Shown here one piece after another: positions 17,018-27,022 of a stretch of 64,000 nt of DNA. Made by a program: the position numbers and the translations under genes. Positions within the stretch are counted from its first letter, which is position 1. The number at the start of each line of letters is the position of its first letter. The notes under the pieces are model-generated. The model did not search any database, was not told where the DNA came from, and saw only the letters and a list, made by a program, of their open reading frames with translations. Origin of the DNA: a virus (lineage: Duplodnaviria; Caudoviricetes); the IMG/VR virus record IMGVR_UViG_3300046167_000798; one strand, written 5' to 3'.

Positions 17018-18375
17018 TTGTTTATTTTAATTCTATATTTTTCAGATTCCATATTCTTTAATTTATTTATTTCATCTGATGTTAAACAATTAGCGGTTAA
17101 ACCCACTTCTTCTTGTATATGTAACATATAATCATTTATTTGAGAATTATCATCTGGTAATATTGCTGCATCAGGATACAATATACAATTTTTATCAGTT
17201 TTATTAATATTATCTCTAAATGTTTTAAATGTTTTTGAATTCCGTATCAACCATTCTTTACATAGTTGATTTATTTTTAAACTATTATTAAATACTTCTG
17301 TAAAGGAATTACCACAACAAATTAATCCATGATTTTGTAAGAATATAATTTTTTCATTCACATTCATCGCTTCTGCCAATTCATCTCCAGGTGTTACATA
17401 ATCCACATAATCAAAATCATAATCCTCACATATCTCACTAATAACTTCTTTAGATTCCTTTGAACATAATATAGTGTTTACATATATAGGATGAGTGTGA
17501 TATACAATTCGTTGGTTTATCTTTTTATGAAAGTTTAATTCCATCGAAGGTCTTTCGTTATTATAAACTTTATCATTACCTGTTACAGAATATCCTCCCA
17601 ATATATGTACATCTGACATTGTTTTACCCGATGAGGTTATAATTACTTTATCTTTGAATTTATAAGATAGATTTCCACCAGCACCTTGTATAAGTTCATA
17701 TTCAAAAGATGATTTTCTACAACAGAGTAAAAAGTTTCTATGAAGATTGTAAAGTTTTTTAAGGGTTACCATCACTTCACATCCATATTCAGTTTTACAT
17801 TCGTATTCTAAATCTACTGATTTATCTTTTTTCTCTGTGAAGGTTACAATCACATCTGCATTTTCTTCTTGAGGGTGAATATATTTTATCTCATCCCCTT
17901 TTCTCATATCTATTGCAGATAATACCTGTTCTTTCGTGTATCCTCTTTTTTCAATATCTCTGTTTAACTTCCATTGATATTTTAAATTTTCTTCGGTTTT
18001 GATGTAGATGTTTAAATCAGCTCTATCACATAAATAAGAGTCATAAAGAGAATGCAATCCTTCATTTATGAATACATTATAATCAGGTTTAACTTGTACA
18101 TTATTTACAAACTTACCAGTATCGTGGTCATAGTGATTTCTATATACTGTTTTGTTTTCTAATAAATTAAATATTTGTTGTTTACCTAATTCTAAATTAT
18201 TAGCATCAGGATTTAAATGAGTTATATTTTTCCAATTGGAATCATTTCTTTCCCATTTATGTAAATCATCTCCTGATAGATGACATACATCATCAAACAG
18301 AAAAGATAAGAAAGTAGTAAGTGTAGTTTTTCCAACACCAGAACTACCTCCCACATTTATTAGTTTACTTACCAT
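17014..18375 (-). CDS. Phosphoribulokinase-like kinase fused to class II aldolase
   Basis: GGSSGVGKT, GDDLHKWER, LNPDAN, YDHDTG, EGLH, WKLNRDIEKRG (PRK pattern); GAGGNLS, PSME, HTH, LQNHG (class II aldolase). Confidence 0.8.
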   Translation of the reverse strand: MVSKLINVGGSSGVGKTTLTTFLSFLFDDVCHLSGDDLHKWERNDSNWKNITHLNPDANNLELGKQQIFNLLENKTVYRNHYDHDTGKFVNNVQVKPDYNVFINEGLHSLYDSYLCDRADLNIYIKTEENLKYQWKLNRDIEKRGYTKEQVLSAIDMRKGDEIKYIHPQEENADVIVTFTEKKDKSVDLEYECKTEYGCEVMVTLKKLYNLHRNFLLCCRKSSFEYELIQGAGGNLSYKFKDKVIITSSGKTMSDVHILGGYSVTGNDKVYNNERPSMELNFHKKINQRIVYHTHPIYVNTILCSKESKEVISEICEDYDFDYVDYVTPGDELAEAMNVNEKIIFLQNHGLICCGNSFTEVFNNSLKINQLCKEWLIRNSKTFKTFRDNINKTDKNCILYPDAAILPDDNSQINDYMLHIQEEVGLTANCLTSDEINKLKNMESEKYRIKINK

Positions 18376-19229
18376 CCTATTTCGTATATTTTTTTATTAA
18401 TATCTTTTTCAAAATATGGGTATCTAACAAATTCTTTCTTTTGACCTGTTGGAATATTTTGTTTGAAATCTTCAGTCCAATTCTGTGTCCAAGTTTCTCT
18501 TGATAATCCTTTAGAATGAGTACCACCCCACTTCCATGTAAAGTAGTTCCAAGCATGTCTAGGATAGATACCAACTCTTGAAGCTTGCCAAATACCAGTT
18601 TGTTCCCCATCATCAGGTCTTCTTTTTAAATCTTCAGTAATATTTCTATTTCCTGGTACATCTAGTGTAAGGCTGGGATTATTATTGTAAGTTATTCTAT
18701 GCATAATATCATCTACATAGGTTCTTTCTTTATTGTTTTGTATTGAACGAATAAGGTAATCAGCAAAATGATACTGAATTCCACAGAATCTTTCATCATA
18801 TATTCCAACCTTCTTTATATGTTCTGGTGAAAAACTGATAATATTATCACCATATCTACCTTGAACATAATCAAATTTTTCATGTAACTTTAATAAATTA
18901 GAACACCAATTTTTATCACATATTGCATCATTTTGGAATCCCACTACATAATCACAATTTGGTTTTGATAAATCTTTAAATCCATGTATTACTGCTTGAT
19001 TCCAACTTTCACTTAAATTACCATTTGACCAATCGGGTCTTCCTTCATTTCTTATGATTGTAACTTTATCAATATGTTCTTCTTTTAATTTTGTTGAAGT
19101 GTGATTACTGATAACAAATATCTCACCATTACATACAGTCATAAAATCAGATTGTAAAATGTAATCAATAGTTTCTGCAAGAATATCGTTTCTCTTATAT
19201 GTTATAATATACAGTTTTATTTTTTTCAT
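18369..19229 (-). CDS. GT2-like glycosyltransferase
   Basis: YIITYKR, WNQA, FQNDA, GIYDERF. Confidence 0.7.
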   Translation of the reverse strand: MKKIKLYIITYKRNDILAETIDYILQSDFMTVCNGEIFVISNHTSTKLKEEHIDKVTIIRNEGRPDWSNGNLSESWNQAVIHGFKDLSKPNCDYVVGFQNDAICDKNWCSNLLKLHEKFDYVQGRYGDNIISFSPEHIKKVGIYDERFCGIQYHFADYLIRSIQNNKERTYVDDIMHRITYNNNPSLTLDVPGNRNITEDLKRRPDDGEQTGIWQASRVGIYPRHAWNYFTWKWGGTHSKGLSRETWTQNWTEDFKQNIPTGQKKEFVRYPYFEKDINKKIYEIGW

Positions 19230-20797
19230 TCTACTTCCAATATTTCTTTCATTATATTGTCAATTGATACTCTATTATCATTTAAGTAAATTTCTCTTAC
19301 TAAATCTTCTTGTGGTTTTTGTTTATGATTACCATTAAATTCACTTTTAACTTCATCACTTACTTTTTTAAATTTATCATCACTTAATTTCTTATAAGAT
19401 TTTCTCCAACCATCTCTAAACCAAGTGAAACCTGTAATATGTAATTCTTTTAAATCATAACAAAGTAAATCCATTATTGTCATTGTACCTGAATTAGGTC
19501 TTGTACCTAACATTCTTGCCACCCCAATATAATAATCAGTATCAGCACAATGAAATGATAGATTCCATTTTTTGTTTTCTTTTTCAAATGAAGTTACATC
19601 ACTATAAAACGAATTAATATATTTTGGATACGGACAAGAAACAAACACATTATCATCTTTCATTTCTTTGTAAAAAATATCACCACAACATTCTGGTGAT
19701 GTATGTAAACAATGATAATGAATATCAGTTCTTGAACCTAGGTCGGATTCTAATCCCTCTTCAATTGGAAATCCTTTATTAACCCTAACTACAATATCAT
19801 AATCATCTATTTCTTTTCCTTTACCACTTCCTACAAGTGAAGGTGATGGGCCTACAATTATAACTTTTTTATCTTTAAGTAAATCATTATATTGAGTATC
19901 ATATTTTCCCTTACTTCTTATTGATAACCAATTTTCATAAGTAAAACCCAATGGATTATCATTTGAAGGTTCTGAATAAATTTTATCTTTATACATATTA
20001 TGAATTGATTGTTTTAGTTGTGGGTTTCTATCATATTGATGAACGATTACAAATGGTTCTCCTTTTTGATTTCTAATTAAATCATCTACGATTGGAGTAG
20101 GTTCTAATAATTTATCACCAAAGTGGTCTTTCTTAATTAGAACAGTTCCAAGTTGTGTTGCAAATCCATCTTCTTGTGGTGTGAATTGTACAATATCTTT
20201 ATATTGAGTTTGGTTAATTAAAACATTATATGCTGCTTGGTCTGATAACTGGTCTGGATTCGAACTTGTTAAACTCCATCGATAAATGTTTATAAACAAA
20301 TCTCTGATGTATTCTTTATCACCAGCAATAGTTCCTGCACAATGTGATGTTTTATTTTGTAACCATTCCCATTCCATAGGGAAAGATGTTCCTGCATTTG
20401 TAACTGCCCATTCATCATCTTTAAATGTAATACATTCTGAACAAGCTATAATTGGTTTAGTTTTGTTCTTATTTAACCAATGAGATGGATTTGTTTGAAA
20501 TATAACATCTTTAACATCAGTCCAAATAATTCTATCACAATCAATATCTTTTAGAAGATGGTGTAAATCTAAAAATCTCTGTAAAATAATATGTTGATTT
20601 AACTGAGATTGATAAACATCGAAATGATTTGATTTTAAATAATTGATTACATCTTGTGATACATCATATACTAACATCATTTTACCACCAGTATAACCAC
20701 TTCTTTGAATTGATTCTACCCAAGGTTCGATATCTGATTTGGAGTATTTAGTAATACATCCTACTAGTAAATCTTTTTTAGAATATGGTTTATTCAC
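19226..20797 (-). CDS. Two-domain glycosyltransferase: GT-A domain + GT29-like sialyltransferase domain
   Basis: WTDVKDVIFQ, SDQAAYN, HQYDR; VIIVGPSPSLVGSGKGKEIDDYDIVVRVN (sialylmotif L-like); PNSGTMT..LHITGF (motif S-like). Confidence 0.7.
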   Translation of the reverse strand: MNKPYSKKDLLVGCITKYSKSDIEPWVESIQRSGYTGGKMMLVYDVSQDVINYLKSNHFDVYQSQLNQHIILQRFLDLHHLLKDIDCDRIIWTDVKDVIFQTNPSHWLNKNKTKPIIACSECITFKDDEWAVTNAGTSFPMEWEWLQNKTSHCAGTIAGDKEYIRDLFINIYRWSLTSSNPDQLSDQAAYNVLINQTQYKDIVQFTPQEDGFATQLGTVLIKKDHFGDKLLEPTPIVDDLIRNQKGEPFVIVHQYDRNPQLKQSIHNMYKDKIYSEPSNDNPLGFTYENWLSIRSKGKYDTQYNDLLKDKKVIIVGPSPSLVGSGKGKEIDDYDIVVRVNKGFPIEEGLESDLGSRTDIHYHCLHTSPECCGDIFYKEMKDDNVFVSCPYPKYINSFYSDVTSFEKENKKWNLSFHCADTDYYIGVARMLGTRPNSGTMTIMDLLCYDLKELHITGFTWFRDGWRKSYKKLSDDKFKKVSDEVKSEFNGNHKQKPQEDLVREIYLNDNRVSIDNIMKEILEVE

Positions 20798-20813
20798 TAT
20801 GTGTATGATTTTA

Positions 20814-21662
20814 TTATAAACTTTTTATATAATCTTCCAATCTATCTTTTGGTTTCCATCCCAAAATCTTTCGTGCATCTTGGCAGGTACTACGAGTTTC
20901 TCTGTAATTACCTTTTTGGTCGGGTATATGAACTGATTCTATTTTAGGATATCTTTCTTTAAAAAACTGAAACAATTCTAATATAGAATAACTCTTCCCT
21001 ACACCAAGTTCCCATCCATCATTATGAACCACATCTTGATTCCAAACTTTAATTAATGCATCTACAATATCATCAACATGAATAAAATCTCTTCTCTGAT
21101 GTCCATCTCCTACAATAGTAATTGGTTTACCTTCTTCAATCAATTTTCTCCATATACCAATTACGTTACCATTTTTTATATCTAATGATTCATTAGGCCC
21201 ATACGCATTGTAAAATCTACATATTTGATTATGACCATCGAAAGAATTTCTATATAATCTTAAAATTTCTTCACCAAGAAACTTGTACATAGCATATGGT
21301 GAATCTGTTGGGTCATTATGTTTTGATGATGAACCTGCATAAATAACTTGACAATCATTTGCTTTAGACCATTCCATAACCGCAGATGTTCCAACTACAT
21401 TTGCCCTAAGTGTTTCAGTAGGGTCATCAAATGATGGTTGTACTCTTGATTGTGCAGCTAAATGAAAACATATTTCATAATCTCCTTTGATATATTCAAT
21501 TGTCTCAATATCACCCTCAATATACTTTACACCTTCAACATGATTTCTTTTATCACCAGTTGAGTAATTATCCAAAGATACAACTTGACATCCTTCTTTT
21601 ACTAATCTTTTTATAAGATTAGAACCTATAAATCCTGCTCCACCTGTTACTAATGCTTTCAT
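20814..21662 (-). CDS. NAD-dependent nucleotide-sugar epimerase/dehydratase
   Basis: GGAGFIGS, HLAA, YAMYK, RFYNAYGP, RDFIHVDD. Confidence 0.9.
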   Translation of the reverse strand: MKALVTGGAGFIGSNLIKRLVKEGCQVVSLDNYSTGDKRNHVEGVKYIEGDIETIEYIKGDYEICFHLAAQSRVQPSFDDPTETLRANVVGTSAVMEWSKANDCQVIYAGSSSKHNDPTDSPYAMYKFLGEEILRLYRNSFDGHNQICRFYNAYGPNESLDIKNGNVIGIWRKLIEEGKPITIVGDGHQRRDFIHVDDIVDALIKVWNQDVVHNDGWELGVGKSYSILELFQFFKERYPKIESVHIPDQKGNYRETRSTCQDARKILGWKPKDRLEDYIKSL

Positions 21663-21961
21663 TATTCTACTATACCTATTAACTGATGTTCATTAAAAAT
21701 TATATACTTATTTCCATCAATCTCAATAGTATTATTTGCATGAGATTGTTCATATATAACACTATCTCCAACTTTCACAGTCATAGGTATTCTTTCTCCA
21801 CTCTGAGAAAATATTCCTGTTCCTATTTCTACAACTTCACCATAAACTTTTTTACTATTTGTAGTTGAGTTGGATAAAATAAGTCCTGATTTTGATTTTT
21901 CTTCCTTGATTTCGCTTGGTTTTACCAAAACTCTATCACCTAATGGTTTAAATTGTTTCAT
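21662..21961 (-). CDS. groES: Co-chaperonin GroES
   Basis: KPLGDRVLVK, SGLIL, GEVVEIGTG, VKVGDSV. Confidence 0.92.
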   Translation of the reverse strand: MKQFKPLGDRVLVKPSEIKEEKSKSGLILSNSTTNSKKVYGEVVEIGTGIFSQSGERIPMTVKVGDSVIYEQSHANNTIEIDGNKYIIFNEHQLIGIVE

Positions 21962-22571
21962 AAAATTCGTTTTGTTTTTCTTGTTTATCTATTTGTTTAT
22001 AATGGTACAATGACCAAACTTCTTCAGCTGGGAAGTTTGAAAAAGTATCATATCCTGTTAAGGTTTCGTGAACTTTATTTCCCCACTCTATATCATCTGT
22101 TTTTTTATATATTCTTAATTGATAATCTGGCCAATTAACCCATCCTTTATCATTAACATTCCATCTCCATTTATCAATATGTTCTTGAGTAATATCTTGA
22201 ACAATATTAACTCTTGGTACAAATATAACATCAACAGGATTTTGTTCTATCAAAGTAGGTAAGTGTTCTATTAAAGCAGCATTTGGAATCTCATCCGCAT
22301 CAATTTGGAAAATATAATCTCCACTACAATTTGATTTTAAATTATTTTTAAATGTTGCAAAATCTTTGTTAAGAGGAAATCCAATTACTTTATGATTTTT
22401 ATGCATAGAATCCATTAATGTAATATAATCTTTTACTTCATCTGTTACAGATAATTCATCATATTGAATTAGTATTTCATCATCTGGTCTTATATTTAGT
22501 TGTAAGAAATTAAGAAGATTTGTTATTTCTTCTAACTCATTACAAACTGTTATAGCGTAACTAATCTTCAT
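21948..22571 (-). CDS. GT2 glycosyltransferase
   Basis: SYAITVCNE, FQIDADE, PDYQLRIYK, VHE. Confidence 0.85.
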   Translation of the reverse strand: MKISYAITVCNELEEITNLLNFLQLNIRPDDEILIQYDELSVTDEVKDYITLMDSMHKNHKVIGFPLNKDFATFKNNLKSNCSGDYIFQIDADEIPNAALIEHLPTLIEQNPVDVIFVPRVNIVQDITQEHIDKWRWNVNDKGWVNWPDYQLRIYKKTDDIEWGNKVHETLTGYDTFSNFPAEEVWSLYHYKQIDKQEKQNEFYETI

Positions 22572-23094
22572 TTGGTGTATCTATTTCTGATTGTTCTTCT
22601 CTTAGAATTTCTCTCTTTTCAGGTGGAGTTGTTTTTTCTCCGAAAAGATTTTCTAATATATCTTGTTCAAATCTTATTTCATATACATTTGTAATTTTAT
22701 TTAAGATATAAGTTCTATAATTATTAAAATCTCTACGATATAAGTTTTGATTATTTTTTATATGTGCATCAAAAAGATTATTACCTGTTCTATCAAATTT
22801 TTTCAACATTAATTCTAATCTTAAATCAGAACTCAATGGTAATCTTTTATCTCTCAATTTACCAATCAGTTGAGTAAAGTGTAATGGATTTATTGGATTT
22901 AACTTTATACAATGTATCTTATCTCCAACAATACCAATTACAAAAACATATCTTGATTCTTCTGCCTGTTTAGTAGGTGGATTACCTCCTTTATATGTAG
23001 TAATACGATAAATATTTCTTGGTCTGATTTGAGCTCTTGGTACTCTTTTTTCTGGTTTTAAAAATTTAGTATATTGTCTTGTAAAATTTGCCAT
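22561..23094 (-). CDS. Hypothetical protein (faint resemblance to T4 gp2 DNA-end-protector family)
   Basis: 177-aa ORF; the resemblance is an unaligned impression only. Confidence 0.5.
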   Translation of the reverse strand: MANFTRQYTKFLKPEKRVPRAQIRPRNIYRITTYKGGNPPTKQAEESRYVFVIGIVGDKIHCIKLNPINPLHFTQLIGKLRDKRLPLSSDLRLELMLKKFDRTGNNLFDAHIKNNQNLYRRDFNNYRTYILNKITNVYEIRFEQDILENLFGEKTTPPEKREILREEQSEIDTPNED

Positions 23095-24362
23095 TATAAT
23101 TTATTAATAGTTGGTAATTTCATTTGAATGTGTTTAGGTTTTTGTTTAACTTTAACATACTTCTCAAGTATTTCACCTAACTTACTTGTCATTTTATCTA
23201 ATGTAAAATTGTTATTAATATTACTTTTTAGTCCTTCTGATTGTTTCAAGTATTTGTTATAGTTTTTATGTACATCATAAATCTTACCTGCTGCTTTTGA
23301 ATAATCTACATAGAACCATTTTGATTCTTTAAGTAGAAATTTATTTTGTGCCGTTTGATGTACATCTTTCAATTCTCCTTCTAAGTAAACTGTATTTTCT
23401 TCTGGTAAGAAATCTTTATATCCGCTCCAATTAGAAACTAATATTGGTTTACCTGTTGTTGCAAACTCTGCAAGTGGTCTACCATAACCTTCACCTTTAG
23501 TGAACATTAACATTGCTTTTACTTTTTTATCATTATAAAGTGAGTTTAGTTCTTCTTCAGATAAATCTCCAAATACTAAATGAATAGGAGGACATGAATC
23601 ACCATATTCTTTTGTAACATTATTTAATGTATCTGAGATTTTTTCTCTCTCACCTACCGAAAATCCAGCATGAGATGTTTTAAGAATAAGACCAGGTTGT
23701 TGTTTCTTCGGTACATCTCTAAAAACTGTACAGAATGTTTTAATCATCATTCCTACATCTTTTCTATCATGTCCTAAATCACCACTTAACCAATGTCCTA
23801 CAAATAAGAAATTAAAATCAGTATCAACTGAATCTAAAATGGATTTAGATGATTTACCATTAAATATTGTAGTATCAACACCTTCAAATAAAACAGCACA
23901 AGGTTTTTCTAACTTTAATTCTCCTGTTTTTTGTTTTGTGTTTTTATCAATCTGAGTATAAACTGTCTTTACAAGAGTGTCTTTTGTAAATTGTGATGGA
24001 GTTATAATTAAATCCATTTGATTAGAACCTTGTAAAAAGTCTTGAGGAGATACTGTTGTTTCTACACCAGCAGTAATACCTATATTGTACTCTCCTACTT
24101 TCTTAAATTCATTTGCAACAGATATCTGTATAAAAATATCTGGTGTTCTATCCAAGTTAGTTACGAGACTTGATAGAACTTTTTTACCAAACTCAGTTTG
24201 TGGATTGATTTGGTCTTGTGGAGTATTTCCCCATCGTGTTGGTACAATTTTAACATCGTACTTATCTAATTCAAATAATGATTTCAAGATATCTCTTGAA
24301 TGGTCACCATAACCACTTCTTGTAGCAATAGGTGCTTGTAATACTAATATTGGTTTATTCAT
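23094..24362 (-). CDS. GT4-like (GT-B) glycosyltransferase
   Basis: RSGYGDHSR, FLFVGHW, RKDVG, KGEGYGRPLAEFATTGKP. Confidence 0.85.
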   Translation of the reverse strand: MNKPILVLQAPIATRSGYGDHSRDILKSLFELDKYDVKIVPTRWGNTPQDQINPQTEFGKKVLSSLVTNLDRTPDIFIQISVANEFKKVGEYNIGITAGVETTVSPQDFLQGSNQMDLIITPSQFTKDTLVKTVYTQIDKNTKQKTGELKLEKPCAVLFEGVDTTIFNGKSSKSILDSVDTDFNFLFVGHWLSGDLGHDRKDVGMMIKTFCTVFRDVPKKQQPGLILKTSHAGFSVGEREKISDTLNNVTKEYGDSCPPIHLVFGDLSEEELNSLYNDKKVKAMLMFTKGEGYGRPLAEFATTGKPILVSNWSGYKDFLPEENTVYLEGELKDVHQTAQNKFLLKESKWFYVDYSKAAGKIYDVHKNYNKYLKQSEGLKSNINNNFTLDKMTSKLGEILEKYVKVKQKPKHIQMKLPTINKL

Positions 24363-24633
24363 TGTCTAATTCTCTTAATCTATTTTCTTCTTCGTTTCTC
24401 AAACATCTTTCAATTGATATTTGAGTTAGTTTTGTTACTTCTTCTAACTTTTCTGGTTCATGAGGTGAATTATAACATTCAAATCTTATAGTTTCAACTT
24501 CATTATCAGATAATACCAATACATGATAATCAATTGATAGTTCTTTTCTATCATAAATTGCTTTTCTTGATACATCAAATTGTCTAGGATTCCAATAACC
24601 TGGTAATCTAACTATAAAAATTGGTTTACCCAT
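24355..24633 (-). CDS. Hypothetical protein
   Basis: 92-aa ORF overlapping both neighbours. Confidence 0.65.
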   Translation of the reverse strand: MGKPIFIVRLPGYWNPRQFDVSRKAIYDRKELSIDYHVLVLSDNEVETIRFECYNSPHEPEKLEEVTKLTQISIERCLRNEEENRLRELDNE

Positions 24634-26021
24634 TACCTAATTTTATAAACGTTAAACTTTTTCTTTGGTTTGAAATTCTTAAATGTGGTTTCAATTCCAT
24701 CAACAAGTGTTTTACACATATTTTTAGAATTCAATCCCATTTCACCTAAAAATTCTTTTCTACCTTTCTTACCAGCTTCTTTTCTTTCTTGAGGTGTTTT
24801 ATCATACCAATATCTGATTGCACTTGTTACATCGTATATATCTACCTTATCATCTATGATATATGGAGTAGGAATAGAACCAACTAATGTTTGAACTCTT
24901 GGCCATACTGGTTTTACCCACTCACCATGAGTTACTTTATCTTCCCATTCTCTCCAATCATGAAGTGAACCAATTTGTTTATAATCATCGGCTGTAAGAT
25001 ATTTTTTAGTTGATTTCTTTTTGAATCCACATTGGTCTTGTAATCCACCTGTAACATTTACAATGATAGGAGTTTCTGTCATTACCGATTCTGCAGTTAC
25101 CAATCCAAATCCTTCGTTACCTGCAATATTAATTGTACAATCTGATAAGTTATAAATCCAATTTAATTCATTTTGGTTTACCCTATCTGTTGAAAATTTA
25201 ATTTCACAACCAGGTGCTATTCTATTAGCAACTTCTATTAGATTTGTTCCATTTTGGTCAACAGGATTTGTATGCATTATTAAACAAGTTTTATCTCTAT
25301 CTTCCTCTGGTAATCCATCTACAAAGTTTTTATATGCCCATATTACATCAGATGGTTGTTTTCTTTTAATGTTTCTATTCATCCAAAATAAAACAAACTT
25401 GTAATCTTTATCACCTAATAACTGTTTTTTAAACTCAGCTGGTACTTCTGTTGGTTTATATGTATCAGGATTAATACCATGTGGTACATAAGATACTTGC
25501 CAATCTTCTAAGGGTTTGATTGTTTCTGAATCTATATTACCAACTCTACTTACTATACCATAGGTTTGTCTTGAGATACATCCCAACCAATCACATGATT
25601 CATAATAGTTTCTATTGTAATGAGGGTCTGGTAAATCATCCCATATATGATAAAATAGAATTGGAATATTTTGTCTTAGTTCCGCTTCCATCTCATATAA
25701 CCATCTCCAATATCTTGGGTCTGTAAAGTGTAGAATTGCATCAGGTTGGTGTCTCATGATTAATTCTCTAAGAATATTAGCATCACCATAACCAGTCCAA
25801 GGAATGATTTTTAGTGAAGCATCTTCTACTCCACTAATTTTTCGTGCATCTGCACCTAAATCAATTTCTTTACCTTGGTCAGGATGTTTAACCGCTGCTC
25901 CTAATTGAACCCAATCATATTTATCAAAAGTACCAAAAACTAATTCTTTAGATACAGTTGCAATACCAGATGACATTCGTAAATCATCAGATAGTAATAA
26001 AATTTTCTTCTTTTTACTCAT
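24633..26021 (-). CDS. GT4 (GT-B) glycosyltransferase
   Basis: SSGIAT, PHGI, NRNIKRKQ, NEGFGLVTAES. Confidence 0.88.
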   Translation of the reverse strand: MSKKKKILLLSDDLRMSSGIATVSKELVFGTFDKYDWVQLGAAVKHPDQGKEIDLGADARKISGVEDASLKIIPWTGYGDANILRELIMRHQPDAILHFTDPRYWRWLYEMEAELRQNIPILFYHIWDDLPDPHYNRNYYESCDWLGCISRQTYGIVSRVGNIDSETIKPLEDWQVSYVPHGINPDTYKPTEVPAEFKKQLLGDKDYKFVLFWMNRNIKRKQPSDVIWAYKNFVDGLPEEDRDKTCLIMHTNPVDQNGTNLIEVANRIAPGCEIKFSTDRVNQNELNWIYNLSDCTINIAGNEGFGLVTAESVMTETPIIVNVTGGLQDQCGFKKKSTKKYLTADDYKQIGSLHDWREWEDKVTHGEWVKPVWPRVQTLVGSIPTPYIIDDKVDIYDVTSAIRYWYDKTPQERKEAGKKGRKEFLGEMGLNSKNMCKTLVDGIETTFKNFKPKKKFNVYKIR

Positions 26022-26043
26022 ATAACCTTAATTAATAATTTTT

Positions 26044-26181
26044 TTAAATGTTTCCGAATCTTCTCTTAGATTTCCAAATCACTCTTTTCGTACTACCTAC
26101 CATTCTTTTCTTAGAAACTAATTCATTAAAATTATCTCTAAGTTGATTTAACTGAGGTCCACTTGCTTTTTCTGTACTCAT
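26044..26181 (-). CDS. 45-aa basic hypothetical peptide
   Basis: Manual: MSTEKASGPQLNQLRDNFNELVSKKRMVGSTKRVIWKSKRRFGNI*. Confidence 0.5.
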   Translation of the reverse strand: MSTEKASGPQLNQLRDNFNELVSKKRMVGSTKRVIWKSKRRFGNI

Positions 26182-26199
26182 TTGTTTTTTTACTTTTTT

Positions 26200-26394
26200 T
26201 TAAAATTGAGAACCACTTTCATGTAGGTTCTGGTAACTATTTATTTCACTTCTAAATGTTTCATCTTCAATATACTTATCAACTGAACGATTTACTAGTT
26301 TTTGTAATGTGATGTTTGAATCAAATGAAATCCTTTTGAATGATGAGTAAATATCTTTTATGATTTTTACTGTTGTTAATTTTGTTTCTGCCAT
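26200..26394 (-). CDS. Ribbon-helix-helix-like DNA-binding protein
   Basis: LTTVKI strand followed by two helices (DIYSSFKRIS, LQKLVNRSVDKY); start at MAETK. Confidence 0.5.
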   Translation of the reverse strand: MAETKLTTVKIIKDIYSSFKRISFDSNITLQKLVNRSVDKYIEDETFRSEINSYQNLHESGSQF

Positions 26395-26421
26395 AACTCT
26401 CCGTTTTTTAATGTTATTATG

Positions 26422-26430
26422 TATAAATAT
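26422..26430 (-). promoter_or_regulatory. Class B motif ATANTTATA
   Basis: ATATTTATA in intergenic gap. Confidence 0.45.
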
Positions 26431-26448
26431 ATACAAATATATAAAACA

Positions 26449-27012
26449 TTAAATTAAATCGTGTTTTTTTAAAGCATCTTTTTCTAAAAATATAGTACAA
26501 CTCCATCTTTCACCTGATTCTATTGGAGTAACCCAATGTACTTGAGCATTTCCAAAGATACATACATTACCAATTTCTTGATTTATAAGTATATCTTTAT
26601 TATCATTAACCCACAATTCTCCACCACTATATTCATCAAGTGAACCAAGTTGCATCAAAATTGTGTAATATCGTTTTCTACCAAGTTTAGTCTTTCCTTC
26701 TGAAACATCATCTATGTGTGGTTTAAATTCAAATCCTTTTGGATATTTTTGAACAATCATTTCCCATCCTAAATTTACAATTGGTAGATTTAACTCACCA
26801 ACCCAATTTAGTATTCTTTCATTTATCCAATTATATTTATTCGAAGAGCTCCAAGGTAGATGTTCTGCTAAATTATGGCCTCCTTTAGGGTCATGTTTTC
26901 CATCATTCATATCAGGATGATATGTACCAATAACTCTATCTTCTAGTTTAGTAACATATCCACGAATTTTGTGAATCTCTTCTTTAGTAAATAAAACCTT
27001 TTGATGTAACAT
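26449..27012 (-). CDS. 2OG-Fe(II) oxygenase
   Basis: HID, GGEL, HWVTPIESGERWS (HxD...H...R). Confidence 0.88.
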   Translation of the reverse strand: MLHQKVLFTKEEIHKIRGYVTKLEDRVIGTYHPDMNDGKHDPKGGHNLAEHLPWSSSNKYNWINERILNWVGELNLPIVNLGWEMIVQKYPKGFEFKPHIDDVSEGKTKLGRKRYYTILMQLGSLDEYSGGELWVNDNKDILINQEIGNVCIFGNAQVHWVTPIESGERWSCTIFLEKDALKKHDLI

Positions 27013-27022
27013 CTATTTTATT

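Noticed and set aside
17014-18375. Carbon-fixation AMG (PRK for the Calvin cycle)
   Set aside because: Fused to an aldolase inside a glycan cluster; predicted host is heterotrophic Bacteroidota; no RuBisCO in the window
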